Shown: one piece after another, positions 9,501 to 17,847 of the stretch | Numbering within the stretch: position 1 is the stretch's first letter | Layout of the letters: every line of letters starts with the position of its first letter | From: Novosphingobium sp. 32-60-15 | GTDB lineage: Bacteria; Pseudomonadota; Alphaproteobacteria; Sphingomonadales; Sphingomonadaceae | NCBI RefSeq assembly: GCF_002280675.1 | Contig: NZ_NCEN01000021.1 | Location: forward strand, 73,299-137,298 | Reading direction: 5' to 3' | Length of the DNA stretch: 64,000 bases | Position numbers and translations under genes: made by a program | The notes under the pieces: model-generated | What the model saw: the letters and a program-made list of their open reading frames with translations, nothing else | Told to the model about the DNA's origin: nothing | The model's database searches: none

Positions 9501-9703
9501 CCCTGATCGTTCGACCGGATTTCAACAGTTGCGCCCGCAATCGGTGCGTCATCTTCGCCAACGATTTGGCCGCTCGCGGTAGCGTTTGTAAAATCTTGCG
9601 CCATTGCTGGTGCAACGAAGGCGGCTGAGGCGGCGAAGCCTGCAATTACCAGCGCCAGTGGCGCTGCGCTCGCTCGGAGCGCGGAGAAAGTTTTTTTGTT
9701 CAC
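6515..9703 (-). CDS. Oar-like TonB-dependent receptor with N-terminal carboxypeptidase-regulatory-like domain
   Basis: Signal peptide (...APAMAQ), prealbumin-like N-domain, IVVTG TonB-box region, plug, terminal F. GTG start at 9703 with AAGGGA upstream; the ORF-track extension to 9802 is probably spurious. Confidence 0.92.
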   Translation of the reverse strand: MNKKTFSALRASAAPLALVIAGFAASAAFVAPAMAQDFTNATASGQIVGEDDAPIAGATVEIRSNDQGFTRSVTTDSSGNYRIPTLPQGTYTFTVTADGYSTFTDPAVRITQSEGGNSFRLAPAGAGTASADGSIVVTGQRIRVSDFDRTTTGQVISVADVAERIPVARDLTSVILLAPGTSQGDSAFGSLPSISGGSVSENTFFVNGLNITDFREGLGSVTVPFEFYQTVEVKNGGVPAEFGRFTGGFINAVTKSGGNEFHGGILVNWQPDGLTEDRKNTLIDQNDQDSREQIQAIFSLSGPIIKDRLFFYGFYQTNYNKFGDTQLTTNPNTTIDDPASADPLDRLQVQPYSTGLRRLEDKIRSPFYGGKLDFLPFDGHRLEFTYFNSTQQTYRDSFGVTDTTGGGYDSRVDTGVVRGAYQSTAIIEEGGENFVGRYTGQLTDFLTISGAYGKNKSQYIAGSSQPNYPFISDTSGNFSPALSGNPIQGIETNLDTREFYRGDVELFVNAFGEHHFKAGYDRENLTTDSTSSYTGNVAYTYVNSGSGDVYVTTPNTLYVTGRTFINGGVFTSRNEAFYLQDSWSLFDNRLVLNLGVRNDRFSNNNVNGETYYKSGNQWAPRLAATFDPFGDKRTKIYGSYGRYFLPVVANTNIRLAGAELDYTRYNLVSGVNPDGTPILGAPVLGFADAAPCPDTNVRNCDIISDGVATPTIATVSKNLRPQSVDEFVLGFEHQLGNGIRVGLFGQYRKLNDSLEDIAIDAAVNKYCDDNSLDCTTASGSPIWSGFHQYVLANPGRDAQITLSDPVNGETTLRTIDFSAADLGYPRARRTYKAITATFDRDFDGTWSLSASYTWSKSEGNIEGGIRSDNSQTDSGLTTAFDQPGLVNGAYGYLPSDARHKFKVFGSYKIADWLTLGTQFQAVSPRKFGCIGRVPVSVDPFAGAYGAAGFYCNVDSSGNVITNPAFKAFQNNAAGTSLSLTPRGSQLESDWNIFTNVSAVFTLPTDAFEGTFRVDVFNVFNQQGVLDVRELGTQGNGRPRGDYGTPLSYQQPRFFRFQFGINF

Positions 9704-9870
9704 GTGTACAGTCCCTTGTTGTCCTGTCCGCCTGCGCCCCCGAAGATTGGCAACAAGCACTTTTCCGACCGCACCAGATGTTGTCTCGTTGTGGTTAAAC
9801 ATCGGTGCATCCGGAAAAAGATTTCTCCGTTTGGCGGATTTAGCCGGTCAGTTACATACAGGAATGAGAG

Positions 9871-9911
9871 TTGCGAAATAAATCCGCAATGTGTGTAGCA
9901 AAAGTGCCACA
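9871..9911. promoter_or_regulatory. Two adjacent palindromic operator-like sites upstream of the TonB receptor
   Basis: TTGCG-N9-CGCAA (9871-9889) and TGTAGC-N6-GCCACA (9894-9911). Confidence 0.5.
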
Positions 9912-10050
9912 CTGTCCTTGGGGCAGGTCGTGAATGCCAGCATTCCCGCAGATCGGGACTGGTGCGCAAAAATTACACTTACCGCATGTTCACTTGCCAT
10001 TAATTACAACCGAGACTGCTTTTGTCGTAACAAGCGGCCATCCGGCCCTG

Positions 10051-10905
10051 TCAACGGGTTGCGTCTGTAACCAGTTCCCGCAGCATCAGGATGGGATCGA
10101 TCCGGTGTTCGTGCCACTTCATCGACCAGTGCAAATGGGGCCCGGTGGCGCGTCCGGTTTGCCCGATGCGCCCGATGGCTTGTCCCCGGGCCACAGAATC
10201 GCCCTGGCTAACCAGCAGTTGTGAACTGTGCAGGAAGGCGCTGTTGAGGCCCATGCCATGGTCGATCATCAGGAGGTTGCCCTCCAGACTGAAGGGGGCG
10301 CTGGCCGCCAGAATCACCACGCCATCAGCCGGCGCGACAAAGGGCGTGTTTGCGCCGCCTGCTATATCAAGGCCGGAATGATAAGCGCCGGGTTGCCCGC
10401 GATAGACGCGCTGCGATCCGAACCGGCCCGAGAATCGGCCGGGTGCGGGGCGGATAAAGTCTTGCCGCCAGCCTTGCGCTCTGGTTTCAATCTTGCGCGC
10501 GGCGGAAATGCGGGCGAGTTCTGCCTTGCGCAGGCGGGCGTAATTTTCGTCCGTAATGCCGCCGGGGCGGCGCGCGGCGTTGATATGTTCAATTTTCCAT
10601 GCGCGCGGGCTGATCGCCAGCGGAAGCGCAAAGCTTCTGCCGTTGGTGTGGACCGCGACCAATTGCGCGGCAGGACCGGCATCACGATCAAACGCGATCA
10701 GGAATTTGCCATCACTGGCGAAAGGGATCGGCCTGCCATCCAGAGTTAGCGCGCTGACATTGGGCGAAACTTTGCCGCGCAGCCACCCGCCTTGCGTCAA
10801 TTGCCCGCCCTTATCGATTGCGATGGGGACGGGCGGCGTGTTGCCGAGCGTTAGGACAGCAACGGTCGCGCTGCTGCCCACGATGAATTGTCGCCTGCCG
10901 ATCAT
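10051..10905 (-). CDS. M23-family metallopeptidase (peptidoglycan endopeptidase-like)
   Basis: HSGLD (HxxxD) and PHLHW (HxH) zinc motifs; RRQFI twin-arginine-like N-terminus. Confidence 0.92.
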   Translation of the reverse strand: MIGRRQFIVGSSATVAVLTLGNTPPVPIAIDKGGQLTQGGWLRGKVSPNVSALTLDGRPIPFASDGKFLIAFDRDAGPAAQLVAVHTNGRSFALPLAISPRAWKIEHINAARRPGGITDENYARLRKAELARISAARKIETRAQGWRQDFIRPAPGRFSGRFGSQRVYRGQPGAYHSGLDIAGGANTPFVAPADGVVILAASAPFSLEGNLLMIDHGMGLNSAFLHSSQLLVSQGDSVARGQAIGRIGQTGRATGPHLHWSMKWHEHRIDPILMLRELVTDATR

Positions 10906-11105
10906 TGGCCTTCAAGATGGCGGCGCGTTGAAATTTCGCACGAGGCATAGGCTTCCTGCCGCTCGGCACACCAATAGCGCAGCATATCGAGCGGGATTTT
11001 CACGCCCGATACGGCGCAGATCACGTGATCGCCTGCGGACAACTGGCGCAAACTGCCGGGGAGATAGTGCATCCGCGCAAGGCGGTCATTCTGGGACATT
11101 AACAT
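10902..11105 (-). CDS. DUF2093-family small protein
   Basis: GDHVICAVSG..IPL..LRYW...QEAYAS pattern; usual position downstream of xseA in alphaproteobacteria. Confidence 0.8.
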   Translation of the reverse strand: MLMSQNDRLARMHYLPGSLRQLSAGDHVICAVSGVKIPLDMLRYWCAERQEAYASCEISTRRHLEGQ

Positions 11106-11132
11106 GAAAGCTAACCTAGCGGCTTTGTGGCT

Positions 11133-12611
11133 TCAGAACAATTCCTGCTGACCGGGCGGCGATGCAACCGGGCGCGGTTTTGGCGCAGGGCGTGGTGGCG
11201 GGTTTGCGGTGTCTGTCGCCACATCCAGCGTGCCGTCGGCAAATTCGATACGCAGCGCCGGGTGCGTTGCCGCATCGGCACGGCTGCGCACGACATGGCC
11301 ATCGGGCGCGGTGACGAGGACATAGCCGCGTTGCAGCGGGGCCTTGGGATCAAGCGAGCGGCGCAACCGGTCAAGCGCATCGACTTTGCCGCGTGCATGA
11401 TCGATCCGCTGGAGCAGCGTTTCGGGGCGCAGGCGTTGCGCGGCAAGGCGCTCACGCTCACGCGCTACCCGTGCGGATAGCAGCGCGGGGCGCAAGGCTC
11501 CGGCATGGCGGGCGAGCAGCGATCCGGCGATTTCGGTGCGGTGAACGAGGGCGCGGCGCAAGCGGTCGGCCAGATCGTCAACCCGCTGGGCCTGTCCTTG
11601 CAGCAGGGTTTGCGGCTGGGGCAGGCGTTGGCTGCGCGCTTCGAGCCGCTCTTTGGCCTGGGAAAGCTGGCGGGCAAGCGCGCGGCGCTGGCGGGCGTTG
11701 AGATCGGCGACGAAGGCGGCAAGCTCGGCCTGCACCGGCACCGCGAGTTCGGCAGCGGCGGTGGGCGTGGGCGCGCGCAAATCGGCGGCGAAATCGCACA
11801 AGGTGGTGTCAGTCTCGTGGCCCACGGCGCTGATGATCGGGATGGAGCATTCCGCCACCGCGCGGACCACGTCTTCCTCGTTAAAGCCCCACAAGTCCTC
11901 GATGGAGCCGCCACCGCGCGCGACAATTACCAAGTCAGGCCGGGGGATCGGGCCATTTGCGGGCATGTTGGAAAAGCCGCGCACGGCGTTTGCCACTTGT
12001 GCGCCTGCGCCCTGGCCCTGCACCAGCACCGGCCAGACGATGACGCGGGTGGGGAAGCGGTCTGACAAGCGGTGCAGGATGTCGCGGATCACCGCGCCGG
12101 TGGGCGATGTGACCACGCCGATCACGCGCGGCAGGAACGGCAGGGGCTTTTTGCGCGCGGGATCGAACAGGCCTTCGCTGTCAAGCCGCGCTTTCAGTTT
12201 GGCAAGCAGCGCCAGCAGCGCGCCTTCGCCCGCGATTTCCATGCGGTCGATCACGATCTGGTAGTTCGACCGGCCAGGATAAGTGGTCAGCTTGCCGGTG
12301 GCGATCACTTCAACGCCGTCTTCGGGGCGGAAGCCGAGCTTCTGCGCGCCGCCGCGCCACATCACGCCGTCGAGTTTGGCGTTTTCATCCTTGAGGCTGA
12401 GGTACAAGTGGCCGGAAGCCGCGCGTTTGACGCCCGAAAGCTCGCCGCGCACGCGCACAAATCCGAAGCGATCCTCGACCGTGCGCTTGAGCAGTTGCGA
12501 AATCTCGGAGATGGAAAGGGCCGGAGCGTTGTCGCCAGCCGATTCCCTCGCTAGGAGCCCGCCCGAGCCGTTGATGTCGTCGTCGCTATCGGGCGCGGAA
12601 GGGAATGCCAT
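11133..12611 (-). CDS. xseA: Exodeoxyribonuclease VII large subunit
   Basis: OB-fold [37 protein letters not shown]; ATG at 12611 with AGGA 5 nt upstream. Confidence 0.95.
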   Translation of the reverse strand: MAFPSAPDSDDDINGSGGLLARESAGDNAPALSISEISQLLKRTVEDRFGFVRVRGELSGVKRAASGHLYLSLKDENAKLDGVMWRGGAQKLGFRPEDGVEVIATGKLTTYPGRSNYQIVIDRMEIAGEGALLALLAKLKARLDSEGLFDPARKKPLPFLPRVIGVVTSPTGAVIRDILHRLSDRFPTRVIVWPVLVQGQGAGAQVANAVRGFSNMPANGPIPRPDLVIVARGGGSIEDLWGFNEEDVVRAVAECSIPIISAVGHETDTTLCDFAADLRAPTPTAAAELAVPVQAELAAFVADLNARQRRALARQLSQAKERLEARSQRLPQPQTLLQGQAQRVDDLADRLRRALVHRTEIAGSLLARHAGALRPALLSARVARERERLAAQRLRPETLLQRIDHARGKVDALDRLRRSLDPKAPLQRGYVLVTAPDGHVVRSRADAATHPALRIEFADGTLDVATDTANPPPRPAPKPRPVASPPGQQELF

Positions 12612-13896
12612 GAATATCCTGCTGATCGGGTCTGGTGGGCGCGAACATGCGCTTAGCTGGAAACTGGCCCAATCGCCACTGCTGGGCAAGCTCTATGCCG
12701 CGCCGGGCAATCCCGGCGTTGCCGAACACGCGCAACTGGTGGCGCTGGAGCTGACCGATCACGCGAGCGTGGTGACATTCTGCGAGACGCATCACATCGG
12801 CCTGATCGTGGTCGGCCCCGAAGCGCCGCTGGTGGATGGCCTGTCGGATTCGCTGAGAGCGGCGGGCTTTTCAGTGTTCGGGCCAAGCCAGGCGGCAGCG
12901 CAACTGGAAGGATCAAAGGGCTTTACCAAAGACTTGTGCGAACGCGCTGGCATCCCCACCGCAGGCTATGTCCGCGCAAAATCACTGGTGGACGCGCGCG
13001 CTGCTTTGGCGCGCTTTGGCGCTCCGGTGGTGATCAAGGCCGATGGACTGGCGGCGGGCAAGGGCGTGGTCGTGGCGATGACGATGGCCGAGGCCGAGGC
13101 TGCGGTGGACGACATGTTCGATGGCGCGTTCGGTTCCGCGGGTGCCGAAGTGGTGATCGAGGAATTCATGACCGGCGAGGAAGCCAGCTTCTTTGCCCTG
13201 ACCGATGGGGCGACCATCGTGCCGTTCGGCTCTGCGCAAGATCACAAGCGTGTGGGCGATGGCGATACCGGCCCCAACACCGGTGGCATGGGCGCCTATA
13301 GCCCCGCCCGTGTGCTGACGCCCGAACTGGAAGCCGAAACGCTGGCCAAGATCATCGCGCCGACGGTTAAAGCGATGGCGGACGAGGGCAATCCCTATTC
13401 GGGCGTGCTTTACGCAGGACTTATGCTGACCAGCGAAGGCCCCAAGCTGATCGAATACAACGCGCGCTTCGGCGATCCCGAATGCCAGGTGCTGATGATG
13501 CGCTTCGAAGGTGATCTGGTGGAACTGCTGCTGGCGTGCGCTGATAACAAGCTGTCAGCGATCCAGCCCCCGCGCTTTTCATCCGACGTGGCGATGACTG
13601 TGGTGATGGCGGCTGAAGGCTATCCCGGAACGCCCAAGAAGGGCGGGCGGATTGACCATATCCCCGCAGCCGAGGCGGGCGGTGCCAAAGTATTCCACGC
13701 AGGCACTACGCTTTCGGGCGATGGCGTTCTGTCGGCCAATGGCGGACGCGTGCTGAACGTGACGGCCAAGGGGCCGACCGTGAAGGCGGCGCGCGATCTG
13801 GCCTATGCCGCTGTTGACGCAATAAACTTCGCGCAAGGCTTCTGCCGCCGCGACATCGGCTGGCGCGAAATTGAACGGGAAAAGGGCGGTGGATAG
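12610..13896 (+). CDS. purD: Phosphoribosylamine--glycine ligase
   Basis: [36 protein letters not shown]; true start at 12610 inside the ORF-track ORF beginning 12283. Confidence 0.97.
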   Translation: MNILLIGSGGREHALSWKLAQSPLLGKLYAAPGNPGVAEHAQLVALELTDHASVVTFCETHHIGLIVVGPEAPLVDGLSDSLRAAGFSVFGPSQAAAQLEGSKGFTKDLCERAGIPTAGYVRAKSLVDARAALARFGAPVVIKADGLAAGKGVVVAMTMAEAEAAVDDMFDGAFGSAGAEVVIEEFMTGEEASFFALTDGATIVPFGSAQDHKRVGDGDTGPNTGGMGAYSPARVLTPELEAETLAKIIAPTVKAMADEGNPYSGVLYAGLMLTSEGPKLIEYNARFGDPECQVLMMRFEGDLVELLLACADNKLSAIQPPRFSSDVAMTVVMAAEGYPGTPKKGGRIDHIPAAEAGGAKVFHAGTTLSGDGVLSANGGRVLNVTAKGPTVKAARDLAYAAVDAINFAQGFCRRDIGWREIEREKGGG

Positions 13897-13939
13897 TTTG
13901 AATGGGTTAGTCGGGAAATTGGAAATGCCGAGCGATCAT

Positions 13940-14581
13940 TTATTTCAATCTCATTTTGGCCGCCTTTAAGGTTGAACTCATGCAATTTTTCCACTCGTCA
14001 GGGTTTCTGTCGCTGATGACAGTTCTACTAGAATCTGAAAGATCCTCCTTTTCAACTCTTAAATTAATTGGAACGATTGCATTTAAACCGCCGGGAGTCA
14101 TCGCGTAAGAAAAAGTAAAATTTTCATTTTTAGAAATACTACCAATCGTAGCATCAATTCCAATTTCACTAAAAGAAAATGCGAATATTTTAAAACCTTC
14201 CCCACTGTCGTTGCTGTTCAAGAAGTCTGCTTTATTTGTCTCATGTCCATTCATAAGATAAACTTCATTAGGAGCTAGGAAGGATGAGTTTTCTTCTAGG
14301 CCTTTAACTCCCAATTTAAGAGATAATATCATATCTTTACCCTCAAAGTATAGATATGACAAATTTCCTGTCAGATAGACATATCTACCTTCTGAATATT
14401 CCGGATCATTTCTAACGGCTTCAAATGAAATTTGGCAGCCAATTAAATTACCTGATACGTATTGGGGAGAAACTTGAGTGGAGAGTGTTATGGTTTGACT
14501 TGGGTTGGCATGCGCCCAACTGATGGGAACTATTGCCCAAAAAAGTCCAAATAGCACTGCAAACAGTTTGGAGTTATCCAT
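13940..14581 (-). CDS. AT-rich hypothetical exported protein (orphan)
   Basis: Signal-peptide-like MDNSKLFAVLFGLFWAIVPISWAHA with GAGG upstream; sampled lines are 17/60 and 19/60 GC; no recognisable family. Confidence 0.7.
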   Translation of the reverse strand: MDNSKLFAVLFGLFWAIVPISWAHANPSQTITLSTQVSPQYVSGNLIGCQISFEAVRNDPEYSEGRYVYLTGNLSYLYFEGKDMILSLKLGVKGLEENSSFLAPNEVYLMNGHETNKADFLNSNDSGEGFKIFAFSFSEIGIDATIGSISKNENFTFSYAMTPGGLNAIVPINLRVEKEDLSDSSRTVISDRNPDEWKNCMSSTLKAAKMRLK

Positions 14582-14728
14582 GATTGCCCTCGTATTCATG
14601 CCGTCGGTCGATTTTATGACGCTCGGCGCCACTAAATATTAGAAAAATGGTTAACAGCATCTGCAATAATTTCAATTTTTTGTTTATCTGTCCACTTCCC
14701 TCATTTTTTTGAATAGGCTGCTACAGCC

Positions 14729-15843
14729 TCAAATCACGCCCTGTTGCGCCATCGCGGCCAGTTCGGCTTCGCCGAGCCCGAGCAGTTCGCCGTAAACTTC
14801 GGCGTTGTGCTGGCCAACCACCGATGGCGCGGGGCGGCGGACGGAGCCGGGGGTGGCGGAGAGTTTGGGGAAGCTGGACTGCATTTTCAGCGGGCCGAAG
14901 CGTTCGGTTTCCACCTCGATGATCGCCTCGCGCGCCCTGAAGTGCGGGTCTTCCAGCATGTCGGGCGCGCGGTAGACGCGGCCTGCTGGGATCGAGTGTT
15001 CGATCATCAGGGCGTCGACCTGATCCATCGTCAGGGTGCGGGTCCAGGCGTTGATCAGGTCGTCCAGCTCGTCCTGATTTTCACCGCGCGGTTCGCGCCG
15101 ATCATGAATTCGCCGTCCTTGCACGAATAGACGTTCGATGGAGCGATGCCTTTGAGGACCGAGCCGGAGCGTTCGCGGATATAGCCGGTGCGGTCATATT
15201 CGGGCACGAGGCCTTCCATGACTTGCAGCACGGATTCATAGAGCGCAGCGTCCACCACCTGCCCCCGGCCCGAACGGTCACGTTCGTGCAGCGCGGCCAG
15301 CACGCCCATGCAGCCGTAAGTCGCGGTCAGGGTATCGCCGATCGACACGCCCATTCGGCTGGGCGCGCGATCAGGTTCGCCCACGATATAGCGCCAGCCG
15401 CCCATTGCCTCGCCAATGCCGCCAAAGCCTGCACGGTCGGAATAGGGGCCGGTCTGGCCATAGCCCGACATGCGCGCGATGATCAGGCCGGGGTGTTCGG
15501 CGAGCAATACGTCTGGCCCCAGGCCCCACTTTTCCATCGTGCCAGGCTTGAAGTTTTCAATCAGCACATCGGCATGGGCGATCAGCTTGCGCACCAAGGC
15601 CTGACCTTCGGGCACGCGCAAATTGGCGCTGACCGAGCGCTTGTTGCGCGCGATCACTTCCCATTGGACTTTTTCCGCGCCTTGGCCCCAATCGCGCATG
15701 GGATCACCGGTTACGGGTGGCTCCACTTTGATCACGTCGGCACCCATATCGCCCAGCAATTGGCCGCAGAAGGGACCTGCGAGAAGCTGGCCGAGTTCGA
15801 CGACGCGGATATCGCGCAAAGCTCCGGGATTATCAGCAGTCAT
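14729..15843 (-). pseudogene. Class III (CaiB/BaiF) CoA-transferase disrupted by an internal deletion and frameshift
   Basis: The N-part (VVELGQLLAGPF, DVIKVEPP, ARNKRSV, ISIGD-like) ends ...EFMIGAN. The C-part (RGENQDELD...PKLSATPG...GQHNAEV) resumes in another frame at about 15089-15090, with the intervening helical segment missing. Confidence 0.8.
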
Positions 15844-15848
15844 TATGA

Positions 15849-17738
15849 TCACTCCGCCGCTTCGAGAAGCGGCCATTCGGGCTGGATCGGCGCGGGAAGG
15901 CCGGTTTCCGCTTCGCAATTGGCGCGCAGGGCTTCAATGCCCGGCCCGTAATTGAACAGCGGCAGTTCGCCGCGAGTGTTGCGCAGTTCGGTGCGCAAGG
16001 CCTCGGTGGCCTCTGCGTTGACCGTACCGTGAGCATCGGCGATCACGCCATAGGCCTTTGCGCCTTCTGCCGTGATCAGGCCCTGCCGGATTTCGAGGCC
16101 CACGAGCGCCGGATCGCGCGCCAGAGCATCGCCCCAGCCGCCGCCGCCCCAGGTGATGAAGTGCAACTGGTCGCCCGCTTCCACTTCAACGTCTTCCACT
16201 TTGTTGCCGACGATGATCTGCGTGCCATCGGCCTTTTCAAGGATCTTGCGCGCCCGCGCTCCCGGTTCACCGCCATTTACGCCCCATGGCGGCACGAACC
16301 AGCGGTCATCATGGATGGCGATTGTGCCCTTTGACAGGAAGCGATAGGTCATGCGGATGCCGTTGCCGCCGCGATGCAGGCCTGCACCGCCCGAATCGGG
16401 TTCGCATTCGTAGCGTTCGATCACCATCGGGAAATAGCGTTCGAGGAATTCGTTGGGCACGTTGGTAAAGCCCGGCCAGAGCGAGTGGCCGTCAGGACCG
16501 TCGCCCATTGGCCGTCCGGGCACGCCACCAAAGCCGATCTGGAACAGCTGGAACCATTCGGCCTTTTTGCCGGGGCGTTCATCATTGCCCGAATAGAACA
16601 GGTGCGGGCTTGATGAAAATCCGGCCGCGTTGAGGAATTCCGGGGTCTTTTGCCCCAGCAATCCGCCCAGAATATCGAAAATGCGGCCCAGCGCATGGGT
16701 TCTGCCCGAGAGCGCGGCAGGGAATTTGGGCTTGAGCAGCGATCCTTCGGGGATGCGCACATCGATCAGATCATAGAACCCGTCGTTGAACAAGATCTGC
16801 GGATCGAACACCATGATCATGTAAATGCCGAAGAACATCTTGAACATGTTCTCGTTCAGCAGGAAATTGATCGAGGCGACCGATTGCGGATCAGTGCCCG
16901 CAAAATCGAGCACTACGCGCCCGTCCTCGCGCCACATCGTGCATTTGATCTTGTAGGGGCCAAAGCCCATGCCATCATCGCAGATATAGTCTTCAAAGCT
17001 GACTGGCTCTTGCGCAATCGCCATGCCGATCAGGGATTTCATCGCACGGTGATTGCGCGCCAGCAGTTCCTGCGTGGCCGAAACATAGACATCATCGCCG
17101 AACCGCTGCGCCATTTCGATCACGCGGCGGGCGGCCACGCGGCACGATGCGATCAGGGCGTTAAGGTCTGCCGCGCACCAATCGGGCTTGCGCGTCTGGT
17201 GCATGACAAGGCGGACGAGATCTTCGTTATATTCGCCCTTCTTCCAGATCTTTACCGGCGGAATGCGCACGCCTTCCTCGAAGATCGAATGGGCGTTGAT
17301 CGGCATCGAGCCGACGACTTTGCCGCCGATATCGGACTGGTGGCCGAACATCGAGGTATAGGCGATCAGGCGTCCGTCCTTGAACACCGGCAGCAGCACC
17401 AGCCAGTCGTTGGAATGGCTGACCGCGCCGCCGACCGAATAGGGATCTGACAGGAAGATCATGTCGCCGTCTTCCAGCGTCCCTGCATAGTTATCAAGGA
17501 AGCCGCCGATGAAGCTGCCGAACTGGCCGACGATCATCTTGCCGGTATGATCGGCGATCAGCGGGAAGGCATCGCCCTGTTCGCGGATGCCCGGAGACAT
17601 CGCGGTGCGCACCAGCGTTGCGTCCATTTCGATGCGCGCGTTGCGCAGCGCGTTCTCGATGATGTCGAGCGTGACCGGATCGATGGGGACGCGGTTGAAG
17701 GGGGTTTCGTTGGTCTGGATGATCGTCGCGGGCATCAT
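15849..17738 (-). CDS. Hydantoinase B/oxoprolinase-family subunit
   Basis: DPVTLDIIENAL, SPGIREQGD, HSNDW, GHQSDIGG, DSGGAGLHRGG, GGGGWGD motifs. Confidence 0.93.
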   Translation of the reverse strand: MMPATIIQTNETPFNRVPIDPVTLDIIENALRNARIEMDATLVRTAMSPGIREQGDAFPLIADHTGKMIVGQFGSFIGGFLDNYAGTLEDGDMIFLSDPYSVGGAVSHSNDWLVLLPVFKDGRLIAYTSMFGHQSDIGGKVVGSMPINAHSIFEEGVRIPPVKIWKKGEYNEDLVRLVMHQTRKPDWCAADLNALIASCRVAARRVIEMAQRFGDDVYVSATQELLARNHRAMKSLIGMAIAQEPVSFEDYICDDGMGFGPYKIKCTMWREDGRVVLDFAGTDPQSVASINFLLNENMFKMFFGIYMIMVFDPQILFNDGFYDLIDVRIPEGSLLKPKFPAALSGRTHALGRIFDILGGLLGQKTPEFLNAAGFSSSPHLFYSGNDERPGKKAEWFQLFQIGFGGVPGRPMGDGPDGHSLWPGFTNVPNEFLERYFPMVIERYECEPDSGGAGLHRGGNGIRMTYRFLSKGTIAIHDDRWFVPPWGVNGGEPGARARKILEKADGTQIIVGNKVEDVEVEAGDQLHFITWGGGGWGDALARDPALVGLEIRQGLITAEGAKAYGVIADAHGTVNAEATEALRTELRNTRGELPLFNYGPGIEALRANCEAETGLPAPIQPEWPLLEAAE

Positions 17739-17765
17739 AATGCTCCATCAATTGCTGCCCTGCCG

Positions 17766-17830
17766 CCGTTCGTGTCGAGCGTAGTCGAGACACTGGTGCG
17801 CGGTGTCTCGACTTCGCTCGACACGAACGG
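17766..17830. repeat. REP-like palindrome (type F) between the two hydantoinase subunit genes
   Basis: 28-bp arms CCGTTCGTGTCGAGCG[T/A]AGTCGAGACAC, one mismatch, 9-nt loop. Confidence 0.9.
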
Positions 17831-17847
17831 AGGAGGGAGAAGGTCGT

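Noticed and set aside
9896-9912. Sigma54 promoter (TGGCAC...TTGC on the minus strand; also TGGCAC at 27371)
   Set aside because: GG-to-GC spacing is too short for the -24/-12 geometry; better explained as a palindromic operator.
13898-14715. Target-site duplication (TTTGAAT) flanking the AT-rich islet
   Set aside because: A 7-bp AT-rich match is expected by chance in this composition.
15055-15124. Programmed ribosomal frameshift in the CoA-transferase
   Set aside because: No slippery heptamer at the junction, and conserved sequence appears to be missing, so frameshifting could not restore the protein.
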